A stretch of 63,342 bases of DNA from a virus. Taxonomy: Duplodnaviria; Caudoviricetes. The DNA lies in the IMG/VR virus record IMGVR_UViG_3300042549_000809, positions 1 to 63,342 of that record, one strand, 5' to 3'. The notes under the pieces are model-generated. The model searched no databases. It saw only the letters and a program-made list of their open reading frames with translations, and was not told the origin of the DNA. Each line of letters opens with the position of its first letter. Positions within the stretch are counted from its first letter, which is position 1. Of this stretch, positions 54,436 through 63,342 are shown piece after piece. Made by a program: the position numbers and the translations under genes.

Positions 54436-55344
54436 TTATGCTCCGGCGGAACCGTACATACCGAGTGGATCAGACCAGCCGAACGAATAACGCTCACGAG
54501 CCTTGTAGCGGACGTTGCCCGTGTCGAAGTCTCCGTCCATTGAGTTAGCCAGTGGCGAACGGATAAAGTGCTTCATGCCGTTAGGAACATCAGTGGTCAG
54601 GAACCATGCGTTCGTATCGGTCAGGAAGTTGTTAACCGTGTAGCCTTCAGCAACTGAACCGTTGTTCTTGATCGCGTTGATGTCGTTATCAGTGGTACCG
54701 ACACGGAGTTCGGTTTCCAGCAGACGGGTTGCAACGAATTGCAGCGATGGTGGAACAACCAGCTTTTTAGGCTTAGCAGCGATCAGCAGACCACGCTCAT
54801 CAGTCCATGCAGCGATTTGAATAACGGCGGCTTCAAGGGAAGTCTCGTTCAAGTCGGCTGGGGTTGATGGGATGTTGCTGTTGCTACCACCGTTAACCAG
54901 TGGGTGCAAAGCCGAGAACAGAGCTACGCCGTCACCGCCAGTATAAGCTGCGCTAAAACCGTTGTTCAGGATGTTAGCCGACTTAACTTGCTTGGTGTAA
55001 GCCATAGCACGAGCCAGAGCTTTGGTATAACGAGCCGACAGGCTGTCATACAGGTTGTCTTCGATGGCCTCTTCGGTCAGCGAGAAACCCAGTGCAATGG
55101 TTTCGTGATTGTAGCGAGCAGTCCATGCCTCTTGTGCATTGTCGTAAGCGATGGCGGAACCCTCGTTTTTAACAGGTGCAGCGGAGAAGCCAGACAGCTT
55201 TGTCTCTTCTTCGAACGAACGCTCAGAGGTTTCAGTTTCGTAAATCTCTTTGTGTTGCTCGCCGTAAGTTGCATACTCCATACCAAACAGGGCATTCAAA
55301 CCCGGGAGCAGCTCTTTAAGTAGTTGTGCGCGTGAAATAGCCAT
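54436..55344 (-). CDS. Major capsid protein
   Basis: MAISRAQL.KEL.PGLNALFG; K.EG..I.YD; P.KL.VP..L; strong SD and terminator. Confidence 0.88.
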   Translation of the reverse strand: MAISRAQLLKELLPGLNALFGMEYATYGEQHKEIYETETSERSFEEETKLSGFSAAPVKNEGSAIAYDNAQEAWTARYNHETIALGFSLTEEAIEDNLYDSLSARYTKALARAMAYTKQVKSANILNNGFSAAYTGGDGVALFSALHPLVNGGSNSNIPSTPADLNETSLEAAVIQIAAWTDERGLLIAAKPKKLVVPPSLQFVATRLLETELRVGTTDNDINAIKNNGSVAEGYTVNNFLTDTNAWFLTTDVPNGMKHFIRSPLANSMDGDFDTGNVRYKARERYSFGWSDPLGMYGSAGA

Positions 55345-55360
55345 TATCTAGCTCCTTATA

Positions 55361-56182
55361 TTAAGCCACGTAGTAGCGATGGGAACCAAAAGTAATCTTA
55401 ACGAGAACTTCTGGGGTTTGAACCAATGCTACCGAGTTAGCTGTGCTGATCGTAACTGTTGATGCGGTAACAGACAGTGCTTGCGACGTAGCCGAGGTAA
55501 CAGTGACAGCCGCAGTCGTGGACGAGCCAGTGAACTGAAGTTGACCACCAATTACGTTGAAAATGTCGGTGCCGATGGGGATAACTTGACCAATAGACAG
55601 ACCAGCGACGGTCAGCGTGGTTGTACCTGTACCAGACACATACGTTGCCGAGCTGCTGATTTGCGTATCAGGGACTAATTCCAGAATACGGAAGTTACCC
55701 GTCGAGGTAGCTGGAGTCGTACCGATGATGCCGCCAGCGGAATTACCCGTGGAGAGCGAACCAGTAGCGGTGTTACCACCCAAGTTTTTACCAAGCAGCA
55801 GCGAAGAAGCTGAACCGATGGTGTTGCCGGTAGTAGCAGCGGTAACTGCGGCGCGGAACACGGTGTCAGGATCGTCACAAACGATGGCAGTAATGTCACC
55901 AGCCGTTACGTTAGCAGGATAGTATTGCGAGAACAGACGTTGTTTAGTCGTCGGGTTCGTGTAATAGCAGCCCAAGAACACGCCAATTGCGGCGGCACCT
56001 GCGATGTCATTAGCCAGAATGGTTACATAACCATTTGTTAGTTGTACAAAATCACCGTAAAAAATATTGGCGTTGTAGTTGTACGAAATCGGATAGTCAC
56101 GCGTCGATCCCGAGAAAACTTGACCACCAATAAGATTTACCGGTTTAAACCCGTACGGGGCTGAAACTGTTGGGTAAGCCAT
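55361..56182 (-). CDS. Capsid-associated (cement/decoration) protein
   Basis: APYG.KP, IF.GD.V, GVF.GC.Y, DDP; directly upstream of MCP. Confidence 0.6.
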   Translation of the reverse strand: MAYPTVSAPYGFKPVNLIGGQVFSGSTRDYPISYNYNANIFYGDFVQLTNGYVTILANDIAGAAAIGVFLGCYYTNPTTKQRLFSQYYPANVTAGDITAIVCDDPDTVFRAAVTAATTGNTIGSASSLLLGKNLGGNTATGSLSTGNSAGGIIGTTPATSTGNFRILELVPDTQISSSATYVSGTGTTTLTVAGLSIGQVIPIGTDIFNVIGGQLQFTGSSTTAAVTVTSATSQALSVTASTVTISTANSVALVQTPEVLVKITFGSHRYYVA

Positions 56183-56209
56183 ATTTTAACTCCTAGTAAA
56201 TTGAAAAAA

Positions 56210-56665
56210 TTAACGTCCTTTGCCAAACGATGTGGACGATTTCCGCTCCGCAAAGAGAGGCATACGAGCATCGTTTTCGCGCATAAAGCTATTGTCCACT
56301 GCTTGAGTCTGCGCCTGAGTCTGATTTTGGTAATATTGATTACGTTGATCTACGAACTCCGACGGGGTCTTGCACAGTAACAATCCACCAATCTCAATAT
56401 TGTCCTTAAAGCGACTATTTGGATCGATTAACAGTTGGAATCTAGGTTGTTCTTCTACTTTGACAGGCTCCCAGCCTTCTCGGAGTTTGGCCGATAGGTT
56501 GCGTGGATCAGCGGTGCTCAACGTGGAAGTACGAATCCAGCGGTATGAATATCCCGGTTGCTTGTCCGGTTCAGGAAGAAGCTCGGCTGGTGCCCACTGC
56601 TTAGGGCGCATATCCGTATCACGGGTTTCAAGTTCACGCATCAGTCTGTTATTGCCGTTTGCCAT
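56210..56665 (-). CDS. Conserved head-module protein
   Basis: W.P...LP.P, RWIR, REGWE, GGL.LC. Confidence 0.7.
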   Translation of the reverse strand: MANGNNRLMRELETRDTDMRPKQWAPAELLPEPDKQPGYSYRWIRTSTLSTADPRNLSAKLREGWEPVKVEEQPRFQLLIDPNSRFKDNIEIGGLLLCKTPSEFVDQRNQYYQNQTQAQTQAVDNSFMRENDARMPLFAERKSSTSFGKGR

Positions 56666-57630
56666 TATCTATTCTCCAATTTAAGAACTTCACGAGCATA
56701 TTGCTCCGGGGTTAGTCTCAGCTTTTTAGCCAACGCAATTTGGGACGTTGTTAGCCTAATACTCTTAGGAGCCGTGCTTCGTTTGGCAGAAGCAACAACT
56801 GTTGACGCTTTTCGCTGAGGTCTGGAATCAGCTTCTTCGGTGTCCTCGTCCCTAAAGGCTTCGGGGAACCGTTTGCGCATTGTTTTGTCCATGCGCTGAT
56901 AGTAGTCATCAGTACCAATATATTCAGGGCCGTACTGATCGGCTAGCTTCTCGTGTAGTCCAAAGGCCGCTTGCGTCATCTCCTTGTCCTTTTGGAACCA
57001 AGAATCGTTACGCTCACGCCAATCAACATATTTAGGATCAGGCGGCGGTTTGGACACCGGCTGACTCATTTGTGGCAGTTTTATATCATTTTCTGTATTT
57101 TGTAAAGTAGGTTTAAAGTTTTTTGTCTTATCTACACGTAACGTAGCCTCTGTAAGAGCCTGTTGCGCTTCCATAAGTTTGTCTGGATCGCCCGAATCAT
57201 GCGCCTCTCGGAAGTTCCGTTTAGCCATCTCAAGCTCAGTATCGGCGGCATATTGCACCGTAGATATGTACTCTTTCTCCCCCGAGGCCAAGGTATTTTT
57301 CAATAGCTTGTTCTCTTCAAGGATTTGCTGGGCTATACGGATAGCTTCCTGCTGTTCACGGAGTGCCGCTTCTTTTTCACGTCGCTCATCGTGCCAAACC
57401 TTGCGCATTTGAAACAGACGTTCCTTGGCTTTACCCGAGTATTCGTCTAGTTCGTCTTGCTCAATCTCTTCCAATATCGCTTTAGGCAGTGGTTTACGGC
57501 CACGGTCTTCCGGCGGGGTGTCATCTTCTACTTCAATTCTAATATCCTGATCTTCGTCCTCGTCACGGTCGGAAGCTCTTTTATCTACTTCATCGGGGAA
57601 TTTGTACTCGTTTTTCTCGAAACCAGCCAT
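56665..57630 (-). CDS. Putative scaffolding protein
   Basis: Acidic coiled coil; C-terminal LT.SQ..LAKKL..T.EQYA; AAGGAG SD at 57630. Confidence 0.65.
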   Translation of the reverse strand: MAGFEKNEYKFPDEVDKRASDRDEDEDQDIRIEVEDDTPPEDRGRKPLPKAILEEIEQDELDEYSGKAKERLFQMRKVWHDERREKEAALREQQEAIRIAQQILEENKLLKNTLASGEKEYISTVQYAADTELEMAKRNFREAHDSGDPDKLMEAQQALTEATLRVDKTKNFKPTLQNTENDIKLPQMSQPVSKPPPDPKYVDWRERNDSWFQKDKEMTQAAFGLHEKLADQYGPEYIGTDDYYQRMDKTMRKRFPEAFRDEDTEEADSRPQRKASTVVASAKRSTAPKSIRLTTSQIALAKKLRLTPEQYAREVLKLENR

Positions 57631-57640
57631 TTGTGTCTCC

Positions 57641-58051
57641 TTATGCTCTTGAAATGCCACGTGGGTCTTGAACCACTGCTTCTACCGAGTCATCGTTAAT
57701 TAGACGAAACTCTTGACCGTGAATCTTCAAGCGTGTGCCTGAGTTTGGTCGAGCCAAAACAAAATCACCTTTCTGGCACCAAGGGCCAGTAGGGAACTTC
57801 GCCTTATCTAAATAACAATCTGGACCCATCTCGACAACAAAGAACACCGTACTCAGCACTTCTTCGTAGTGCATTGTTTGGTCTGCTTTAATAATCCCAC
57901 TATCGTATTTGGACTCGACGGCAGGGATTGTTACTAAGATGTGGTACCCAGAAGGTTGGGGCAGTTGTTTTGCCTTATCTTCTGCTGCGGCTGGTAGTAC
58001 TGTTGCATCCAAGCTATCGGGGTTTGAACCGATTAGGATTTCACTCATCAA
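57641..58051 (-). CDS. GroES/Cpn10-like co-chaperonin
   Basis: P.G..ILV, SGII, V..GP, GD.VL, G....G.E..L..D..V.AVV. Confidence 0.75.
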   Translation of the reverse strand: MMSEILIGSNPDSLDATVLPAAAEDKAKQLPQPSGYHILVTIPAVESKYDSGIIKADQTMHYEEVLSTVFFVVEMGPDCYLDKAKFPTGPWCQKGDFVLARPNSGTRLKIHGQEFRLINDDSVEAVVQDPRGISRA

Positions 58052-58232
58052 TATGCTCCAAGTTTTTTGCGAGGTTTTGTAGGTACATCTCTACAGCAGT
58101 GAGTCCTCGAATCTCACCACATAGATACTTGTATTCGGCGTAGTCTTTCGCGGCTCCACCGGAGACAGCATCGGTTAGTTGATCCCGACGCTCCCTTAGT
58201 TGCTTTAATATTAAGTCAATGACTTGTTCCAT
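58041..58232 (-). CDS. Small head-module protein
   Basis: DY.EYK..CG.I.GL. Confidence 0.7.
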   Translation of the reverse strand: MEQVIDLILKQLRERRDQLTDAVSGGAAKDYAEYKYLCGEIRGLTAVEMYLQNLAKNLEHIDE

Positions 58233-58235
58233 TAT

Positions 58236-60689
58236 TTACCTTTTTGTCGGTGTTTTCTGGCGGGCATTAAGCATTGCGATACCTTGGCGGAAGCCTTCAG
58301 TTTCCTGAGCCTTTTCCGCACGTTGTATTTCTTGCTGGTGTTTCATCGCCATATTGGCTCCGGCAATTTCTTGCTGTGCTGCGATACGGTCACGTTCAAC
58401 TTGTATTTGAGCCATCTTAAGTTGCGCGTCGTCCTTGTCTTTCTGGGCCTTACGTTGCTGTTCAGCCTGTTTAATTTGCAATTCTTGCATCTGCATTTGA
58501 ACGATTGGGTCTTTCATCTGTTCTTGCGCCATCTGTTGTTGAGCCTGTTGCTTGCTTTGTTGTAGCAACTGCTGGGATGCCTGCGCCGCCCGCTTGGAAA
58601 TCTCAACTTCCATATCCTTCGGAATAACCTGATCTTCGTTATCCTCGTCGTAATTAGGTAGCTGGATACCCATCGCATCTTCCATCTGCTTGCGATACTC
58701 GTAGCCTAGATGTTCCGCGATATGTGCGGCGATTGCTGCTGCCATCTGCGGTGCTTGCGGGTTTTGTTGCATCATCTGCTGCATCTTAGGTTCCTGCATA
58801 ACTGCCATATGGACAGCAATGTGGGCCTGATGGTCTTGGTAGAAGAACGCTTTAACCGGTTTCATCCGCAAAATATTCTGATTCTCGGTAATAGGGTCGC
58901 GTGGACGTGTGTCGTCCTGCATTGGGATTAGCTTTGCGGCGTTCTTAATACCCAAGACTTCCAGCATCTGACGGTGGAGCAACGGCAAGTCATACAACTG
59001 AGGTGCGCCTTGAGCCAATTGCAACACGGCTTGATACTGCACAACCTTCTGTGACATCGTTGCAGCGTTCGGATCACTAACCGGTATTACATCTACTTGG
59101 TCGTAGTCCGACTGCTTAATCTGACGGTTACCGTCAACGGGCTCATAGCTATATTCTTCAGGGGTGTAGTCCCGAATAATGTCTTTGAGCAGGCGTAATT
59201 CTTCGTGCATCGAGTAATGAACACGGGCTTGAACCGCCGACATTACCTTAAGTGTGCGCTCCAAAATAGCCAAGGTAGTCCCAACCGGGGACTGCGACGA
59301 CATGTCCGACACCTTCATATCGGCAGCAGAAGCAAAGCGACGGCCTTCATCGATGATTTGATTCATCAACTGAGCTAAAACTTGGCTTGGCTCTTTGTAC
59401 GGAAGTGGTAGGATGTTGTCACGGATCGATCCACTAGGCACATCCACGTCCCGAAATTCGCCCGGTGCGATTGGTGTGTCGTCACCCTTAACGCGCATGC
59501 CGCGAGATTTTAAGCCGCCCGGCAGGTTAGATAGCGTACCGGCGTCAACCAACTGACGCAGAATCGACGTACCAGACTTAGCAAACGCACCGATCAAGTG
59601 GATCAAACCGAAGGCGTAAAAGCCAAAACCCGGGATGTAACCGTAGTGTACGAAGTGATTACGCTTGCGCTTAAGCTTGTCGTCCGGCTTCCAGTTACGA
59701 CGGATTGCCAATACTTGTAGGCTGGACTTGTCGATTGTCACCACGTAAGGCAGTGCGATACCTGTCTCGTCGCCCTTCTTATTGGTATCTTCGTAGCCTT
59801 TTAAGTCCAGATCAACGTGCATCTCAAGGATGCGATAGCGGTCGTCGGTCACGGCGCGGAAGCCCATCTTCTCCGCAATCTTCTTCTCGACTTCCTCAAT
59901 CGTGTTGCTTGGCTGGCCTAAGTCCACGTCCCGATAAAAGCCATCTACTTGCAAACGGCGTATATCGTTCTCAGTTTTGCGCATCACATGGGTAACACGC
60001 TCTGCCGTGCGCAGCGACGACGCACCGTAAGGCACAACAATATCTTCCGCAGGGACGTAGTTAGACACCTGCCGACCCAGTGCTGGATCGAAGTACACCT
60101 TCTTAAACGCATTACCGGACAGACCCAAGCCCCAGAGGAGACGCTCATGCTCAGGGCGATATTCCGGCATTTCTTCCGTTAAACGGTAATTCATGTCGTC
60201 TTTGACGCGCTCCGCAGCTTCTTTCTTAGCCTGCGTTTCCTTACCGATGATCTTAGTCTTAACTGGCCCCGCCGCTGGGAAAGTCTCCATAATCGTCTCA
60301 GCTTGGAACTTAACCAAGGCTTCCGACATCAGTGGGTGGACTACTCCGCATGCTCCAGCCCAAGGCTCGGTGCGCTCTTCGATCTTCATACCCAGCAGAT
60401 CAAGGCCATCAACGTAGGTCTGAATCCAATCCTTACGGGAACTTACATCCTCCTCGTAGGCGTCGACCAAGTCGTTGGCAAGTCCTGATAACTCGCTGTC
60501 CGGGATGTATTCCGCTAAGTTAGCGTCGAAATCTTCATCCGATTCCTCTTGGGGCTCGATGTCAATCTGCAACCCATCAATACCAATTCGGACTGATTCC
60601 GGGTCTTCAATCTCGATTTCTAAGTCCGGCTCATCTAGCTCTTGATCGATGCCTTGAGGGGCGGAGTACAAACTCTTTTCCATTGCCAT
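58236..60689 (-). CDS. Portal protein
   Basis: 817 aa after terL; G.AF.KVY.D; GFYAFG; Gln-rich barrel tail. Confidence 0.85.
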   Translation of the reverse strand: MAMEKSLYSAPQGIDQELDEPDLEIEIEDPESVRIGIDGLQIDIEPQEESDEDFDANLAEYIPDSELSGLANDLVDAYEEDVSSRKDWIQTYVDGLDLLGMKIEERTEPWAGACGVVHPLMSEALVKFQAETIMETFPAAGPVKTKIIGKETQAKKEAAERVKDDMNYRLTEEMPEYRPEHERLLWGLGLSGNAFKKVYFDPALGRQVSNYVPAEDIVVPYGASSLRTAERVTHVMRKTENDIRRLQVDGFYRDVDLGQPSNTIEEVEKKIAEKMGFRAVTDDRYRILEMHVDLDLKGYEDTNKKGDETGIALPYVVTIDKSSLQVLAIRRNWKPDDKLKRKRNHFVHYGYIPGFGFYAFGLIHLIGAFAKSGTSILRQLVDAGTLSNLPGGLKSRGMRVKGDDTPIAPGEFRDVDVPSGSIRDNILPLPYKEPSQVLAQLMNQIIDEGRRFASAADMKVSDMSSQSPVGTTLAILERTLKVMSAVQARVHYSMHEELRLLKDIIRDYTPEEYSYEPVDGNRQIKQSDYDQVDVIPVSDPNAATMSQKVVQYQAVLQLAQGAPQLYDLPLLHRQMLEVLGIKNAAKLIPMQDDTRPRDPITENQNILRMKPVKAFFYQDHQAHIAVHMAVMQEPKMQQMMQQNPQAPQMAAAIAAHIAEHLGYEYRKQMEDAMGIQLPNYDEDNEDQVIPKDMEVEISKRAAQASQQLLQQSKQQAQQQMAQEQMKDPIVQMQMQELQIKQAEQQRKAQKDKDDAQLKMAQIQVERDRIAAQQEIAGANMAMKHQQEIQRAEKAQETEGFRQGIAMLNARQKTPTKR

Positions 60690-60691
60690 GA

Positions 60692-61198
60692 TTATTCCTT
60701 AGTTTCTGTTCTACCTACACAGGTACCCGCAGCACTACCATCTGCCCCAACCCAGTCCTCGCCCACACACGACGGCGGCACGCCATTGAGCCATTTCTGT
60801 AACGACAAAAATGAACCCCCCAGTGAACCTGTCGTGCCTTCGTGCCAGTAATGTGGGTGAATCCTTACTGGTATTGGGTTTGCTGCCACTTCTTGATGCT
60901 TATATATGTTGCCTGCAATTACAAAGTCTAAGTCGCCACACAGGTACAACTCATAACTGTCCACGTTCGGATGCACATGTGACACTGACACCGAGTTCGG
61001 CTTGGACGTAAACATCTGCACCTGATACTGCCCATGCCTGTACAAGCATGTACCCGTCATGTTCTGATACGTTGTGACTGCGTTTGGCGGGGGCAATAAC
61101 ATCCTATGGTGTAACCACCACCTTGCAAACTCCGCCAGATCGTCAAAAATATCAATAATAAGGCGTGCTCCGCTTGCTTTTAAACAGTCGTAACTCAT
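60692..61198 (-). CDS. Cupin-like protein (start uncertain)
   Basis: H.HPNVDS.E...G and H..G cupin boxes. Confidence 0.55.
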   Translation of the reverse strand: MSYDCLKASGARLIIDIFDDLAEFARWWLHHRMLLPPPNAVTTYQNMTGTCLYRHGQYQVQMFTSKPNSVSVSHVHPNVDSYELYLCGDLDFVIAGNIYKHQEVAANPIPVRIHPHYWHEGTTGSLGGSFLSLQKWLNGVPPSCVGEDWVGADGSAAGTCVGRTETKE

Positions 61199-62681
61199 CT
61201 GCCTCGTCGGTTGGTAACCGGATGAACCCACCCTGCCTGAACCGCATCAAGGCGAGAGTCGTCGCGTCAACTAAGTCATCATGCTCGCCCGACGGGAACG
61301 ACGCTACCTCATCGACTAACTCTTCCGCCCACCGAGTCTGTGGAACCCACACCTTACCCGAGGCAATTAAGTCCGATACCGCGTTCAACCGACTGATCTT
61401 GTCTTGGCCTTTCCCCGGCGTAAACTCCTGCGCAGGGATACCCATTGCCCTAAACTCATAAATGAGCGGTGCTCCGGTGGCTTTCTTCTCGATCAATATG
61501 CTATCAGGTTCCCAGTCTTTATAGTGTTGAAATGCTGTTTTCTTGAGCTCAACCCACTCCATGCGTTCTTTAAACGAGTTCAACAAGATAATATTCGGCT
61601 GGTCATTGTCGTCCGGGTTGTACCAGATGCCCCACGTCGTACATGCAGAGAAGTCGGCCCGCGTATTTTTCTCGAACGCCGTATCCCACGTCTGCAATAT
61701 ATAGTCACATGGCGGCGGGTCTTCCTTCTCCCATATCTTCCACCACTCCCGCTTGACGATGGCACTCTGTTCTGATGTCGGCTGCTGCTGGTACTGCGCC
61801 ATCCACTTGCTGTTCGGCAATTCTTGGCGGAGCTTGGACAACTCATCCAGACTCCAGAACTCAGGCCACAGCGGATTGCCAGACGGCATGATGGCCGGAA
61901 ACTCAATCACTTCCCAATCATCACCACCCCTAGCCGTCGCTGACTTAATCACCTGACCCGTCAAGTCCCTCAAGCTCCAGCGCGTCATCACTATTACAAT
62001 AGCCCCACCCGGCTGGAGTCGCTGCCGAGGACCGGACGTATACCACTCGTACACCTTGTCGTAGATGTCGGGGTTAACTTGAGCCAATGCAGCTTCCTGT
62101 TCCGAGTGCGGGTCATCGATAATAAGCACATCAGCGCCCTTACCTGTCACCGCACCGCCTACACCGATAGCGAAGTAGTCGCCGCCCTTACTTGTGTTCC
62201 ATCGACCAGCCGCTTTTGAGTCACTTTGCAGGTTTAAGTCCGGAAAAATACTGCGATATACGTCAGAATCGACCAGATTTCGCACTTTTCTACCGAAGCC
62301 AACCGCTAATTCAGCAGTATGGGACGCTTGGATGACCTTTTTATGCGGATATTTACCCAAAAACCACGCTGGAAGCAGATATGAAGCGAATTCTGACTTG
62401 GTATGGCGTGGCGGCATGTTAATAATGAGCCTTTTGCACTCTCCACGGGCTACTCGCTCGAACGCCTCAGCCATCCGGGCGTGATGCCTCCCCGATATGA
62501 ACGTCGGCCATACCTCGTTTACAAAATTAATGAACTTATCCCGCGCCCCTTCCTTGCGTTTAAGTTCTTGCAAGGCTTCTAAGTCGTACAAAAGCTGACG
62601 CATCTCCGGCTCAGTTAAGTGAGGAAGCACTTTCGGTATATCCCGCAGGGATACGTTATTTATCGAAGTCGGAAGAGTCAT
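61152..62681 (-). CDS. terL: Terminase large subunit
   Basis: MPPRHTKS, IIDDP, MTRW, WDTA, IEKKA.G, HDDLVD; start 62681 or 62702. Confidence 0.92.
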   Translation of the reverse strand: MTLPTSINNVSLRDIPKVLPHLTEPEMRQLLYDLEALQELKRKEGARDKFINFVNEVWPTFISGRHHARMAEAFERVARGECKRLIINMPPRHTKSEFASYLLPAWFLGKYPHKKVIQASHTAELAVGFGRKVRNLVDSDVYRSIFPDLNLQSDSKAAGRWNTSKGGDYFAIGVGGAVTGKGADVLIIDDPHSEQEAALAQVNPDIYDKVYEWYTSGPRQRLQPGGAIVIVMTRWSLRDLTGQVIKSATARGGDDWEVIEFPAIMPSGNPLWPEFWSLDELSKLRQELPNSKWMAQYQQQPTSEQSAIVKREWWKIWEKEDPPPCDYILQTWDTAFEKNTRADFSACTTWGIWYNPDDNDQPNIILLNSFKERMEWVELKKTAFQHYKDWEPDSILIEKKATGAPLIYEFRAMGIPAQEFTPGKGQDKISRLNAVSDLIASGKVWVPQTRWAEELVDEVASFPSGEHDDLVDATTLALMRFRQGGFIRLPTDEADELRLFKSKRSTPYY

Positions 62682-63342
62682 TGTCGCTTGGGTCTGGATC
62701 AAGCTGGCTAATTAAGTCTCGGGGGTCTTGGTCTGCAATACCTAGCTCGTCATCAAGTGAGTCTGCTAGCGGCGTAACGTCAACAGTCTCGGCATTGAGT
62801 AGTCGTTTAATACGCTCTTTAATAGCAGATTCCAAGTCGCCGGAGGATTTGTGGTGGATTGTAATCTCGCTGCGCTCAGTAAAGAGCCCCACGTCGCTGT
62901 GCTTACCTAATAGTTCAAGCGCCTTGAGTTCGTAGCGTGGGTCGCCGCAGTTGGCAATCTCCATCAGCTTAGCCGTAATCGCAGAACGCACTTCGTTCAT
63001 GTCCGCAGCGATGCGGTTGGCATAAGTCTTTAAGAACAACGAAGCGGCAAACGCTGTATTGGGTTGCTGTAGCTGGCCCCGCGCCTTGCTGCGATCCGTT
63101 GTCTTAAACAAATCAGCCGTAGCCTTCAGGTCCGTAGCGTCGATCTCGATAGGCGCACCTAGCTGTTTAAGCAGGTCAGCCGTATTAACAGCAACCACAA
63201 CACTGTCGTGAAAAGACTCGGTCTTCTCTCTGTGCGTGTCGTAGGGCATCGGGTGCTCGCTGGAGGGTTCGATATTTACCATATGGCGGAGTATATATCA
63301 CATTACGCAGAGGAGGTAAAGGTACCCTTGACGGGGGGGTTT
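61701..63342. repeat. Terminal direct repeat, copy 2
   Basis: Matches 1..1642. Confidence 0.95.
62656..63282 (-). CDS. Putative terminase small subunit (copy 2)
   Basis: As 956..1582. Confidence 0.65.
   Translation of the reverse strand: MVNIEPSSEHPMPYDTHREKTESFHDSVVVAVNTADLLKQLGAPIEIDATDLKATADLFKTTDRSKARGQLQQPNTAFAASLFLKTYANRIAADMNEVRSAITAKLMEIANCGDPRYELKALELLGKHSDVGLFTERSEITIHHKSSGDLESAIKERIKRLLNAETVDVTPLADSLDDELGIADQDPRDLISQLDPDPSDNDSSDFDK

Noticed and set aside
23186-62935. Numerous + strand ORFs opposite the late genes (and - strand ORFs opposite early genes)
   Set aside because: Antisense shadows of real genes; only HNH 53056..53412 has recognisable motifs.
1-63342. Integrase, att site, tRNA, intron/intein, or stop-codon reassignment
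   Set aside because: None recognised; core genes are uninterrupted and of normal size in the standard code. tRNAscan and HMM searches would be needed to exclude them fully.

Overview
The window is an apparently complete, circularly permuted tailed dsDNA phage genome with podovirus-like architecture. The unit length is 61,700 bp: 1..1642 recurs at 61701..63342 with a constant offset and many mostly synonymous substitutions. The + strand (~2.4-23.0 kb) carries a structured non-coding leader with a boxA-like site, an iteron/IHF-site origin-like region, an AAA ATPase / HExxH-vWA / DUF3150-like triad and many small early ORFs. It also carries the replication module: family A polymerase, Cas4-like nuclease, HNH, SNF2 helicase, SSB-like protein and primase-helicase. 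The - strand (63.3 down to 23.1 kb) carries terminase, portal, a GroES-like co-chaperonin, scaffold, major capsid, an HNH/moron island with three near-identical terminators, small basic proteins, tail and fibre genes, holin/endolysin and three large ejection proteins. I recognised no integrase, CRISPR array, tRNA or reverse transcriptase. The most interesting signal is a possible peptide-tag system for virion proteins: two tandem cassettes of a GNAT-like gene plus an ejection protein sharing the leader NKFNGYSRDGxRxY, and a [MFYL]xxGG motif reused about 15 times across unrelated late proteins. Several candidate structured RNAs also stand out. All product calls come from motifs and synteny read by eye; no database searches were run.
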